A DNA stretch of 64,000 bases from Harriotta raleighana (Eukaryota): assembly GCA_050575255.1 (NCBI GenBank), contig JBNZDD010013698.1, forward strand, positions 3,621,280-3,685,279, written 5' to 3'. Shown piece after piece: positions 11,681-24,012 of the stretch. Positions within the stretch are counted from its first letter, which is position 1. Each line of letters opens with the position of its first letter. Made by a program: the position numbers and the translations under genes. The notes under the pieces were generated by a model, which saw only the letters and a program-made list of their open reading frames with translations, made no database searches and had not been told where the DNA came from.

Positions 11681-14600
11681 GGGAACTTGAATTAGCCAAA
11701 TTCCAGGTTTTTAAATAATAAATAACAACCTTTCTAACCTTTTCTCCTAACGATTGAAAAGTTGGTCAGTTTAACAATATAAATCTTAACCAGCCAACAT
11801 GGGTAACAACCAAGAAATGTAGACATAAAGTATCACTAAAGTAGAAATGACACAAATTAAGTGGTACCTTTTGACTGTCTAGCAAGAAGTACATGTATAT
11901 CTTTGATCTTTAGGTTAACAATTGTTTAAAAGCTGTCCTCTGATAAGATGAACTCTCTCTATACGACTTTTGGCAGCAAAACCGCTGCGAATTTGACCAA
12001 ACATTCAGCATAAGGTTTGGCTCGAGCAGTGTGAAATGTGCTGGAGTCATGCTGCTGAAAATACCTGCAGGTGGTTTCAGGAGCAATGCCATTCACACAG
12101 GATATGTAAATGTGACAGGTGCCAACTGCACTCAACGCATTCACGCAAAGTCCATCCAAGGTTCTCAAGAAGCCCCAAAGACAACAGCTATACTTCGATA
12201 CTCATTCACTACACGGCCAGGAATTAAATAGTTTGAAAAACTGCAGTAATAGCCTTTTTTTTAAAACAGAGGTAGACATTTATTTGGGGAGGAGGGGTTT
12301 GCGAGGCTATGGGGAGAGAGCTGAGGAATAGGATTAAATTGCTCTTTTTGAAGAGCCGGCACAGACTCGATGGGCCGAATGGCCTCCTTTTGTGCAGTAA
12401 GATTCTTTGATTCTATAATATGTCCTGAATTCAGTCAGTCTCTGAACACGTGGCAAACCACATTTGTAAACTGTATTGTAACATTATTCGATGAGCTCTT
12501 TAAGAACATTAAAAAAACACTCACTTTGGCATTCTACCGACATGGATGTTGCTATATGTTTGTTTATCAACAACAATTCACAGCGCCTTGGGACATCCTC
12601 CCAACATGAAAGGTGCTAATACAAATGTAATTTTGTTGTTGTTTTCTGATCCCAAATAAAGGCAGTGTGGAGCTGGGAAGTATCAGCCCATATCACTGCT
12701 GCTAGGAGCATAATAACCCCAATATAATGTGATCTGGAATTAATCAGTCCCTGAACATGTGACAAACCACAAAAAGCCTAATTAATAACCAAAACCTTGA
12801 ACCAAACTCGGATATGATGATCCACTGCCCAATTATGTTTCTCATTTTATTTCTCTGCTTCCTGTTGAGAACATATTAGATTGTTATATGGGAAGCCACA
12901 ATGCAAGGAACAGCTTGCAATCCTTAAACTTTCATCTTCTTTATTATCAAATAATGTATATTAATGTATAAATAATAAATTTTTTGTGTTTATTCCTTTC
13001 TAGCCCGTTAGCTTTTTTTCGGCCTTTTGTTTAGAGCCAGTCATTACATACATTACTTACTTGTCTTACGTTGAGACACTTTTTAAAACTTTGTGTAATA
13101 GCACTGAGCGGATCAGAACTAACTGTGACAAATGAACCACTTTTCTTTAATGATAATAATAATAATCCCTTGAATTTGATATAGTCCCTTATCAAGTTGT
13201 GGAGTCATCGCAAAGCAGTGGAAAGAAACCTCTTTGAGACTCGCTCCCAATGTGAAAAGTGCTATATAAATTTAAATTGTTATTGTTGAACAACCATCTA
13301 ATCCGCAGGTAACAGTGCTACTATCTTACACACTTAGATATTGTGACATTATCTGATTATATTCATTTTTATTAGGTTGAAAATGTTATCAATCCTCATT
13401 TTATATTCCACAATATAATTTATTTTAACCTTGTTTTAAAAAAAAAACCTGGTATTTTAATCAGGAAAACAAATGGTTACTTTTTATTTTACTCAGATCC
13501 TTGCAATATCCAACAACAACAACTTTGATTTACACCTCCATGTTGGATGGCATCTCAGAGTGCTTAATATCCCATAAATAAAAATCTCTATCATGTCAGA
13601 CGGTTCACGTTCAATAAGTAAATCTGCCTTTTTGTTTTTCTAAGTTCTGATTTCAAGGCTGCGACTTATTCACAGTTTTGTTCCATTCTGTTAAGTATTA
13701 CACACATAAAGGAGTGAATTCTGCCCTCTTTACAATGCACAACAACATTCCTGTGTGCACAATGGATCGCTGCATCATGGCTATACAGATACAGGGACAC
13801 ACACTGAACAGTCATTTGTGTCAGTATCTGTGTATAGTACTTCTGGTGAAGGAAAATAAAATCCAACGTTCCCATTAAATGTCAGGTAGAAGTCGCAAAC
13901 AATATGTAAGAGTGAAACCAGAAAAGGGCAGAACCATGAATGTGGAGCTGAGAGGAAAGGGGATGGAGAAGACTAGACTAGTTGCAGTGACGAAGGTGGC
14001 AGAGAGAACCATAGTCATAGAAAGAGGGAATGTCATTTGTGACTTTGACTATCGCAGTCTTGATAGTGTGGGCAGCACGGAAGCTGGATCGGAGGGGCTC
14101 AGGGAGTGCAAGGAGAGGACATGGCATTCACTCATACGAAGGAGAAAAATTAAAGAGCAACTTACCCTGAGACACTTCTGTGAACTTGTAGTAGTCAGTT
14201 GCACAGTGGTCAGTTTCAGAGTGACAACAATACCAGCCTCAAATAAGTCTGTAATCCTCCTTCTCAGCTGAGCGGAAATTGGCACATTGAGACTTTAAGA
14301 GGCATTTATTAATACAATAATAATAATATTGCATTTAATATAAAGTTTTCTTGTAATATTTACCTGAACTGGTGGTTGGGACATCAGTTTAACACTTCAT
14401 CTAAAGAACAACACTTCCAGCAATATAACATACACCCAGTGTTACATTAGAGTGTCAGCCTAAACTGTGCAGTTAAAGTCCAATGTATGCTTGAACTCAA
14501 TACCTTCTGATTCAGAGGCAGCAGTGCTACCAACTCAGACCAAAGCAGGATATATAATAACTTGTTTTCCAACTTTCCCAAACTATAATTCAATTATACT

Positions 14601-14719
14601 GGGGAATACAGCACTATAATTTTATCTTATTCTGAATTATAAATTGCAAAATGCTATGTAACATCTGATAATGCATTATGACTCGCAAATCGTCACTCAA
14701 TAACCTCTGTGTCACAATA

Positions 14720-15345
14720 CAATAAAAGCCTGTTTATCCGTGTCTCGATGAACCAGAAATCCCATTGAACTGGAACCTCCAAAAAAAAATCCCAGTTCAA
14801 TAAACCGGAAGTTATCTGGCAGCATAGTGATGACGCATTTAAGAATCAATTGTTGCACACGAATACTGGTGCAGATACTCGGCTGGCCGCTAGTCGAGTT
14901 TAAACTCGCTCCTTTTAAAAGTCACAATACTGCCATTTTTTTTCTTCTGTGGGGGCTGCCATTGCGAAGTTAAGTATAAATAATAAAGTATTAATACAAT
15001 ATTCTGTTATTATAGTATCTGTTATTAGTGTATTTAGTCTATTATTTATATAGTATTGTTCAACATTTACAATAAAGTAGCCATACAATATTCTGTTATT
15101 ACAGTATCTGTTATTACTGTATTTACTCTATTATTTATATGGTACAGTGTTCAACATTTACAATAAATACCCATACAATATTGTTATTATCTGTTATTAT
15201 TTAGTCTATTATTAATATGGTATGTGTTAAAATAATTTTTAATTTAAAAAAGATTTTTTTATTTTTAAAAAAAACATTCAACCGGAAAACCATTCAACCA
15301 TCACTGGCCAGGTCCCATAGATGCCGGATAAACAGGCTTTTACTG
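14720..15345. mobile_element. Non-autonomous Tigger/pogo-type MITE, 626 bp
   Basis: Left TIR CAATAAAAGCCTGTTTATCCG vs reverse complement of the right end CAGTAAAAGCCTGTTTATCCG (20/21). TA at 14718-14719 and 15346-15347. Confidence 0.88.
14993..15222. repeat. AT-rich ~89-bp tandem repeat (about 2.5 copies) inside the MITE
   Basis: TACAATATT(C)TGTTATT recurs at about 14995, 15084 and 15174 with similar intervening sequence. Confidence 0.8.
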
Positions 15346-15769
15346 TATAATGGATTAATACCCCAATGCAGACACCATGATATATTAAGTACATGGAATA
15401 CACTGAATGTCAACATACATCACCGCTCATGTTCCTAACAAAACATAATGAAAGCACACATCAACTGCACAACATCAATCAAATAACAGTACCCATACAC
15501 CAAACTGAATTCAAGGTTATTGTATAACATGGAACTTTGCTCTTCTGGTTTCTGACAACACTTGAAACATTGCTGAGATCACTATCATGCAACCACTGTC
15601 AGCTGCCCAACAGCTCTGTGGATTCTAGAAACTGCTTTTTTTTCTGCAGAATTTAGTTTTCGAACCTTTGTTTCAAGTGTCAAGTGTAATGTAGAAGGTT
15701 GTCATAGAGCATTCATTGTGTCACTAATGGCCAATGTTATTGCTAGTGAATGCAGAAACATGAACATAC

Positions 15770-15889
15770 CTGTAGCAAGTTCTTCGGTTGTAGGGTTTGG
15801 AGTATATCCACCAGCGTATCCAACCTGAGTGGAAGAGATGCCATTCTGAGCCCAGAACCTTTTCTCAGCACCCCGGAAACAGCCCATAC
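15770..15889 (-). CDS. MSRA: MSRA-like exon (equivalent to vertebrate MSRA exon 3, the catalytic-Cys exon), 120 bp, phase 1-1
   Basis: ttttttaaattcag|GT ATG GGC TGT TTC CGG GGT...GCT ACA G|gtatgt translates to (G)[39 protein letters not shown](G). This aligns without gaps to mammalian [40 protein letters not shown]. Orthologue vs paralogue is not resolved. Confidence 0.93.
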
Positions 15890-16867
15890 CTGAATTTAAA
15901 AAAATATTAATAACATAAACCACCATACCTAAAACAAACACCCTTCTTATACTCCTCCTGTACCGTTAACTGATGCTTCTAACAGAAAGCTACATTACAG
16001 TGGCTCACCACTCTGTCAGCTAGTGCCAATCTGGACAACAACAATTTGGATTTGGATTTATATAGAGCCCTCCATGCCAGATGGTATCTCAGAGCGTTTA
16101 AAACTCTGGGTTTAAATCTAGTTTAGACTGATGAAAGTTTCCTCTAGAACTTAATTAAACTGTCTGGAACTCTGTGCCTCTATACCTCTGCCTCAACACC
16201 CTTTTTGCCTCTTTAAATCCCTCTCAACTGTACTTATGATCACCTCCTCTTACTTCTCTCCCTCACTTGATGTCAAAACCTGTTATTGTACAACACTCTG
16301 AGATGCTACCCTGCATGAACAACAACAAGAACAACAACAAAATTACATTTAGAGAGCGCCTTTCACATTGGAGGACATCCCAAGGTGCCGAATAGTCAGG
16401 GGTCGGGACCCGAGCCTGGGGAAGGGGCATGCTAGGGGGGAGGATTCGCAGAGAGGTGGGAGGGGCCAGAAGGCATGATCGAAAAGGGTGCTATATAAAT
16501 GCGAGTTAAGGCTGTTGTAACCCTAAGTCCATTACTCTTAAATGAAACCTATTTGAAGGAGACTCAAACTGGGTACTATTATACATGGGTCCAATAGCAT
16601 TGAAACTTCTCCACGTTTGGCATGAACTGGAATTCTGACTCGGAGAGAACACAAGATGGAAATGGCCCACTGATATAAAAGGGATTGTTCTTCTGAGGTT
16701 AGAAAGGCAAGCACCGAACCACATTGTTGTGGCACCATTAGAAGAAGGTTTGTTCTACATTTACACAGATTATATCCCTTACGGAGGAAGGTATAATACA
16801 ATATTTTAGTCCCCAAAATATTGTACGATTTGTTTTACAAAAATTCAGATTTGGGAGATTTGGAAAT

Positions 16868-17570
16868 TCACTAAAAGTAGCAACACAGGTTAATAAGGCC
16901 ATAAAAAGTGCAAACCAGGCTTTGGGGTTCATTTCTAGAGGGATATAAATGAAAAGCAGCAAAATTATGGTAATCTTATATAGAATCTTGGTTAGACCAC
17001 ACTTAAGAATACTGTTTGCAGTTCTGGTCCCCATATTGTGGAAAAATATAGAGGCAATGGAAAATCACAAGGATGATCCCAAAAATGCAAGGTTATACCT
17101 ATCAGGAAACACTGAACAAGCTTGGACTTTTTTCTCTTGAAAAGAGGAGGGTAAGGGATGACCTGATAGAGGTCTTTAAAATGATGAAAGGTTTTGATAG
17201 GGTAGACATAGGAGGGATGTTTCTTGTGGGAGAGACCAAAACCAGGGGACATCAATATAAAATAGTCACAAATAGATCAAATAGGGAAGTTAGAAGAAAT
17301 GTCTTTATGCAGGGAGTANAAATAGTCACAAATAGATCAAATAGGGAAGTTAGAAGAAATGTCTTTATGCAGAGAGTAGTGGGAATGTGGAACTTGCTAC
17401 TGCAAGGAGTTGTTGAGGCAAATAGCATAGATGTATGTATTTAAGGGGAAGCTAGAAAGGTACATGAGGGAGAAAGGAATAGAAGATTATGCTGGTAGGC
17501 TTAGTTGAAAAGGGGCAGGAGGCGGCTTATGTGGAGCATAAACACCGACATAGACAAGTTGGGCTGAATA
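16868..17570 (+). mobile_element. CR1 LINE 3' fragment
   Basis: LYRILVRPHL, LGLFSLEKRRVRDDLIEVFKMMKGFD and TRGHQYK..QRVVGMWN motifs, followed by a CR1-like 3' UTR. Confidence 0.9.
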
Positions 17571-20500
17571 TTCTAATGTAAGATTAAAGCATGAAACCTC
17601 CCATAAAACAAACAAAAGGCAAACTGGGATCAACAAAGCACTCAAATGAAAAAACGTAAACGCATGATAGCCTTAAAAAGCAGCTCAAACATGACAAGAC
17701 ACAAGTGTGTCTATGTACATCAAACTCACCCACAAAGCTCAACTCCAAGACAATCTTGGAGTGATCTGGGAGTTTAGGTGACTTGCATAAAGGTAACATT
17801 GGCTTTCAGAACTCTAAGACACCATCCCAAGTGAAGGACACTATATCAATGTGAGTTGGTGCCATTTCCTATGTAAGACCCAATTTACAACTTGAGACAC
17901 TTGCACTATTTGAATTGCGGATTTCCTGTTTGAGCACATTTTCAACCCCGAATGATTTCTAGCTGGAAGCGCAGGATGATCTTAATTCCCTTGGCAATGA
18001 AATATGATTTGCATTAAATATTTTCAAAAGAGATAATTGTATTCAGTGCTTCAGCTGGAAGCCAAATTGAATACTCAGGCATCACTTTAAATGTTTGCTG
18101 TTAAGGTTTCTCATAAGTGTAACCAGAACTACTTTGTGACATGACCTCCATTGGGTCTAACTCTCCTTTGCAAGTTGACATTCAGGTGGTACAATTACAG
18201 TACAGGTCATTCAGTCCAACTGATTCTGATACTGTTGATTCTCCACACAAGCCTCAACCCTCCTAATCGCTGCAATTAACCCCCTTTATCCTCTTCTTTA
18301 TGCATTAAGTTTCTTCTTNCCACACAAGCCTCAACCCTCCTAATCGCTGCAATTAACCCCCTTTATCCTCTTCTTTACATATGCATTAAGTTTCTTCTGA
18401 AACATTTTGATACTTTTGCTTCAACCACAGTTTCAGAGGTGAGTTCACATTCTTATCCGTCTCTGTGTAATGAGCTCCTCCTAAACTCGTTCGAGACCAC
18501 TTTGGGTACTTTGAACTCATATAGTCTAAGATGAGTGATAAGTGCTGAAGGTGTGCTGTATTGTTAGAGATACNTTGGGTACTTTGAACTCATGTAGTCT
18601 AAGATGAGTGATAAGTGCTGTGTATCATGCTTCGAATGAGATATTAAATTGACTAAGATCTTGTCTGTCTGTTCAAGCACAAAAACACCCACAACAACAA
18701 AATTACCCTTATATAGCGCCTTTCACATCAGGAGAATGTCCCAAGGCGCTGAACAGTCAGGTCAGGATCTGAGCAAGGGGGAGGGGCAGAGTAGGGTGGA
18801 GGGAGCGAGTTAGAAGTTGGAGGGAGAGAGTTCGGAGGGCGGCAGAAGGCAAGATCAAAGAGGAGGGTCTTGAGACCAGCCTTGAAGGAGGTAAGGGAGA
18901 CATAAAAGTTCCCTTGGAACTGTCCAGAAACAGAAGAGAGTTCTTGCAGTGTCCTGACCAACAATCTCATTGAAGAAATTGGTCATCCATCATAGCTGTT
19001 TGTGGGACATTGCTATGCTGCCACCTGCATGCATAAAATACACAATCACTCCACTTTACAATATATCCAGCACTTTGGGTCATCCTCCTGATATGAAGAC
19101 ACTATATACTGTAAATGAAAATCTATATTGTATGCTGTGAAGTGCTTTGCGACATGATCCCTGGACCATGAGCTCAGTCCTCATTATAGTGTTTGATCAC
19201 ACAATCTTCAGATCCAGAAGTGAGAAGGCTGCCAACTGAGCCAAGCTTACAGATAAAACAAAAGCTTCACATAAAAACAAAGCTCAAAGGCAAATCTTAA
19301 ATATAAAATATGTTTGGAGATGTGAATGCTTCATTATTTTTATTCAAATTTTCAAGAGACAAAAGACTCATTTTATGCCTCCCCCACTTTCTGAGTGTGA
19401 AGGTGGTTGAATTCAGTAACAATATCAATCCGTATGGAAGCAGTTTCAAGGCTACCTTCAGTCTGCCAAACCACACAATATTGTACATCAGTCTCACCAC
19501 CTACAACAAGATGGAAATCTCCTTCTGCAAGATATCGCAATTGGCTGCCACGTTTCGCTTACAAATTTGCAGTCAATTCACTTCACAGTATATTCTGTGA
19601 AGCGCTTTGATACGTCGATAAGATGTGAAAAGCGCTATATCAAATGCAAGGATTATTATTATTATTATCATTTTCAATGCTGTATGTGTTTAGAGCTATT
19701 AAAACTCATCCTATTTTTGTTTAGCAATGTGACAAAAATGTGTATCTGTGGGTAATCCTTCAGCAACCTGAAACCCACCTGTTCTCTAGAATTCTCTCCC
19801 TGAATCTCGAAAGATCTATTTCTACTTCTAAACCCTTCTCTGTGACTATGCTTTTGGTTATCTCTCTTCTATCCTCTCATCTTCCACTGTGATCAGGCTC
19901 TCACTGAGAAGGGCTTTGACTCATTTAACTACATACTGTATATGAAAAGAATTGTATTGTATTGGAATTTGGGCAATTTTATAAACCAGTAGAAAGTTTC
20001 TTCAAACAAATATGTATCACATTTTCATCCCTGTGACTAAAGCATTGAATCATCTTTAATTTGTTCAAGTAATTATTCATGAAGATGACTTTTTAATATC
20101 TATATAATAGCTTCAGCAGACTACAAGATTACACGGCATTTCCAAAAACAATTCTTGCATATTATGACATGAGTCAGTTGTAATCTGTTCCACTTATTAA
20201 TATGGAGAAGCTCAGACACTTTTCAGAATTAAGCTGATGCTGACCCATTTTCACTTTGCAATATATGCCATAAGCAAACCACCATCTTTTGTATCTTAAA
20301 GCAGTTTCAAAATGACTATCTTTTTCTAAATTCAAATACACCTAAATAAAGATGGATCTAGGATCACTTAGAAATGCTCTTAACAAAGCCATCGAAAATA
20401 TTGTGGATTAAACTTTGAAATTGCCAAAGGGATACCTAGTGACATACTGCATTTCTAATGGATTTTCGGTCTTTGAAGCTCATTATTTGATAGAGGAACA

Positions 20501-21249
20501 AGTCACTATGTCAGCAATGAAATCCACTCACAGTGAGCAAATAAGAATTTAAAATCAAAATGGGACGAGCGAAGCAGCCAGAATTGATCTGATGACATGA
20601 GACCAAAAGGCTTCACAATACTGGCAAACCATGGACAAAGCAGGCCTTAGCTTGAATACCCTTTAATTAATACCTGAAAAATTAAAACATGAATCATGTG
20701 AATCCACTTCACATGATTAGTACTTCACAGAAAGCCACACAGATAGGACATTTTACAAACCCCAAAACAGAAAGAGCACACCAGCACCAACACACACGGT
20801 TTAGATGCACCTTTTCTGGTTCAGGCTTTAAGCAAGGATTGTACGAGGAACAGTTTATCAATTGATTCTAAATTCCCCCTGACTTATTTTTTCTACAAGA
20901 CTGTCATATAATTAGCTTCAAGTCTTGTCAGAAATGATTAATACTATGCTTTGTTTCCAGGTATAAGTCTGAAAAGCCACACTGGCACATTCAATAAGGA
21001 GATTTTTATCAGTGACGATAATACATTTTCCCACTGCATTCCCAGTTGTAAGGGTATGGCACTTAAATCAGAAGATACACCAATTCACAGGATAAGCTAC
21101 AATGCTTTTGTGGTTTTCTAATCCAACTAAAGCAGCTGTTACCCCCCAAAACAGGCTTGTAACACTTTTCTGTGAGCTGCAACCACAAGATAAACTTTAC
21201 TTTATTTTACCTTGATTAAAGGATATTTCTTGTTTTCTGTACTTAGTTC

Positions 21250-21645
21250 AGCCTGGTTCAGTAGGTAGCATTCTTGTCGATGAGTCAGAGTTGTGGGTTC
21301 CAGTCCGACATTGGGACTTTGAACTGACATAGTCTAAACGGATGCAGGTGTAGTCCTTCCGGGGGTCTTCCTTCAGATGAGATGTTAAACCGAGATTCCT
21401 TTTGCCTGTTCAGGTGGTCCCTGAAGATCCCATGGCATGATTCAAAAAGAGAAGGGAGTTTCTCCCAGTGTCCCAGCAAACAATCCTCCCAAATAAAATT
21501 GATCATTTACTTCATGGTAGTTTATGGGAAAATGGGTTACCACATTCACCTGGCAAAATACAGTCACTACACTTTTGCAGTAAATCCTGTGAAATGCTTT
21601 CAAACATCCACCTGACATGAAAGGCAATATACCAAAAGCAAGCAC
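21250..21645 (+). mobile_element. Older DeuSINE (SacSINE1/AmnSINE-like)
   Basis: Head TCAGTAGGTAGCATTCTTG..TGAGTCAGAGTTGTGGGTTC, then CAGATGAGATGTTAAACCGAG..AAGATCCCATGGCA, then an L2-like tail. Related decayed copies at about 6590, 14380(-), 38390(-) and 50285. Confidence 0.7.
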
Positions 21646-22954
21646 TATCATCATTATTATTCACTCCCTTATCAAGATAGCAAGCAGACATTCCTGTAAG
21701 CATTTCTTATTCTTTTGCTGGCTGAAAGATGCTCAGGAATTGTCTGAGATATCAGGTCTTCTCTTTCTAAGGTAAAAAACTCTAGCTGCTCTCCCTCTCA
21801 GTGGAGAAGAAATAAATGGGGTGAAAAGAAAACAGGCTGGGTTGACAAAAACAATTGTTTTATTAGATATTGGCACGAAGAGTACAATGGTCATTACTAA
21901 TAAAACTTCTATTAGCATCTTATTGTGTTCAGAGTTATGGGACAATGTATTCCTGATATAGCATTACTTGATGCTTCAGATTCAGTGCACATCATTACAA
22001 TCATCCTAGCATTTAATACAATGCATTTCATGTTAGGAGGTATAAACTGTATATGAGTATAGTTTATCATCTGTAGGGAAACACAGCAATATAACACAGA
22101 CAGCCATGAAGTGAATTGTTGACCAACAGAGTGGGATAAACTCCTTTCTCTTTTCAATTAGTGTAAAGGGATCTATAACGTCCACCTAAACAGACAGATG
22201 GGACCTCACTTTAACCTTGGTCTCATCCGAAGGACAGCTACTGCATGAAGTAAGCAGGATCTCCTTGGGGCTGAACTGGCTCCAAGGTGACAGATTTGGC
22301 AACAGAATGTTGGAATCAAGCCAGCCCTCTGTGGCGCTCTTGGTAATCTGGTGCCTGAGCCAGGTGGATCTACAGGACTCCAGGGCACTTGCTGGTGTCA
22401 AACCAGGCATTCTGGCTCATCAATAGCATTTGGAGGAGCAGACCAATCACTCGGGGCAGGGATTCTGCCGAGTCAGCAACTGTTAACTGTGCAAGCCAGT
22501 GGGATGGACAAGTAACGGGAAGTTTGTGAGGCAGGGCTTTCAATGTACGCTTTCTATGTATGCCACATCAACTTACAAATACTCAGCTCCAAGACACTAT
22601 TAGTTTGGAAGTCGAGTTCTTGCAAGAGGGTCTTAAATATATGAGTTTCACTGCAAGAGAAGCACTGTTGCATCCCAAAGCTGCCTTTTCCAGGAATTAG
22701 GAATTATTTATATGGTCATTTTCCCAACAAGCACATGTCAACCTTATATACCCGATAGCAAAGTAGCAAAAATCCAGTTCTATTTTCATACTTAATCGTG
22801 ACTCAATCTGAGAGTGGCAGCCACCTCCCTATTTTGGAATCAGTTGTTGAAAATAGTGGGGTTGAGCAATAGAAGGCCCCTTTATTTTAATTCTATGAAT
22901 GACTCATGTAATTGGAAAATAAACTATCTTACTTATCATGCAGGAATAACTTAC

Positions 22955-23023
22955 CAAATATAGCTATCTCTACACCTTGAGGGAATGGTTCGACAATCCT
23001 ATTTCCGTTGACGTGATGTGTTG
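22955..23023 (-). CDS. MSRA: MSRA-like exon (equivalent to vertebrate MSRA exon 2), 69 bp, phase 1-1
   Basis: ccttacatttttcag|CA ACA CAT CAC GTC AAC GGA AAT AGG ATT GTC GAA CCA TTC CCT CAA GGT GTA GAG ATA GCT ATA TTT G|gtaagt translates to (A)THHVNGNRIVEPFPQGVEIAIF(G), vs mammalian AKHHVNGNRTVEPFPEGTQMAVFG. Splices in frame to the 15889 exon. Not captured by the ORF track. Confidence 0.95.
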
Positions 23024-23631
23024 CTGAAAAATGTAAGGAACAGTTTTTAAATGAAGACAAAGAGAAATGCAAGGCAATCTAATATAATTATGGGAAATGT
23101 CAAGCCAACATATTTCCTGGGAGAAAGTGAAGAATTTTAATCTACTGTGCAGAAGGCACACAGTTTTCAATACATTTAATCCCGTGAAACTGTTATTGCA
23201 ACAAAACAACAACCTCCTACGAAACACCAGTGGGAGTCTTTATATAAACAAAAATATAACTTTTATGTAATTCAACACAATAATAAAATATGCAACAAAG
23301 TGTTTCCAATTTTACGTAACTAAAACAATGCTAACCTTCACGTGGTCTCCTTTCACGCAATTTAGCATGTCAGAACTCACAGGAGGTTTATATACTATAT
23401 GTAGGAGAAACATGTGGAATGGGAAGCAAATATAGCTTTATCATTATCCTTATTGGTTTGCCAAAGTTCTATGATACACTACATATCTAGCCTTTACCTT
23501 TTGCCTAAATCATTCCAAAATTACTATATGTACAGCACTGGTTGAATTTTCATTGGCTTTTGTAAATGTAGAGTGTAGCAAGGAAATCCTTGGTTTTAAT
23601 GGCTCGGCTATGCTTCTCCTGAGTTACAGGC

Positions 23632-24012
23632 TGGAGATCTGTAACTCTGTGGTTAAAGAACTCGCCTTGTAAGTATGAGACTTGGGCTTGATTCCTGGCA
23701 GGGTGAAATGTTGGAGAAGGATCCTTACGCCACATGCCTTTGTTTACGTAGCAGTAAGTAGGAACCTGATTGTTAGTGGATTGGCAGTCCGCTTTTGCAA
23801 GGGTAATAATTTCTTCAAAAGAAATAATCATAATAATCAATTGGTCACTTTAATCCATTAATGATTGTGGGACACTGCTGTGCACAATTGGCTGCCATAT
23901 TGCGCCCATAAAATCTACAGTCAATTCATTTTACAGTATATTCTGTGAGACTCTATGAGACGTTTTGAAGACGTGATACGGTGTTATATCAAAAGCAAGG
24001 ATTATTATTATT
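23632..24012 (+). mobile_element. tRNA-derived DeuSINE-type SINE (longer variant)
   Basis: tRNA-like head GGAGATCTGTAACTCTGTGGTTAAAG, core GTGGGACACTGCTGTGCACAATTGGCTGCC and tail GCAAGGATTATTATTA. Confidence 0.8.

Noticed and set aside
15873-15875. CGG corrected to UGG (Trp) by C-to-U RNA editing
   Set aside because: This type of recoding is characteristic of plant organelles and would not explain the accompanying Tyr>Thr and Val-Cys>Leu-Ala changes. Only cDNA comparison could revive it.
17260-17378. 60-bp tandem duplication inside CR1
   Set aside because: The two copies are separated by a single N (17319). This is typical of an unmerged contig or haplotype overlap, not a real duplication.
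18242-18620. Two direct duplications around single Ns (18319, 18574)
   Set aside because: Same assembly-join signature. The small differences between copies probably reflect two alleles.
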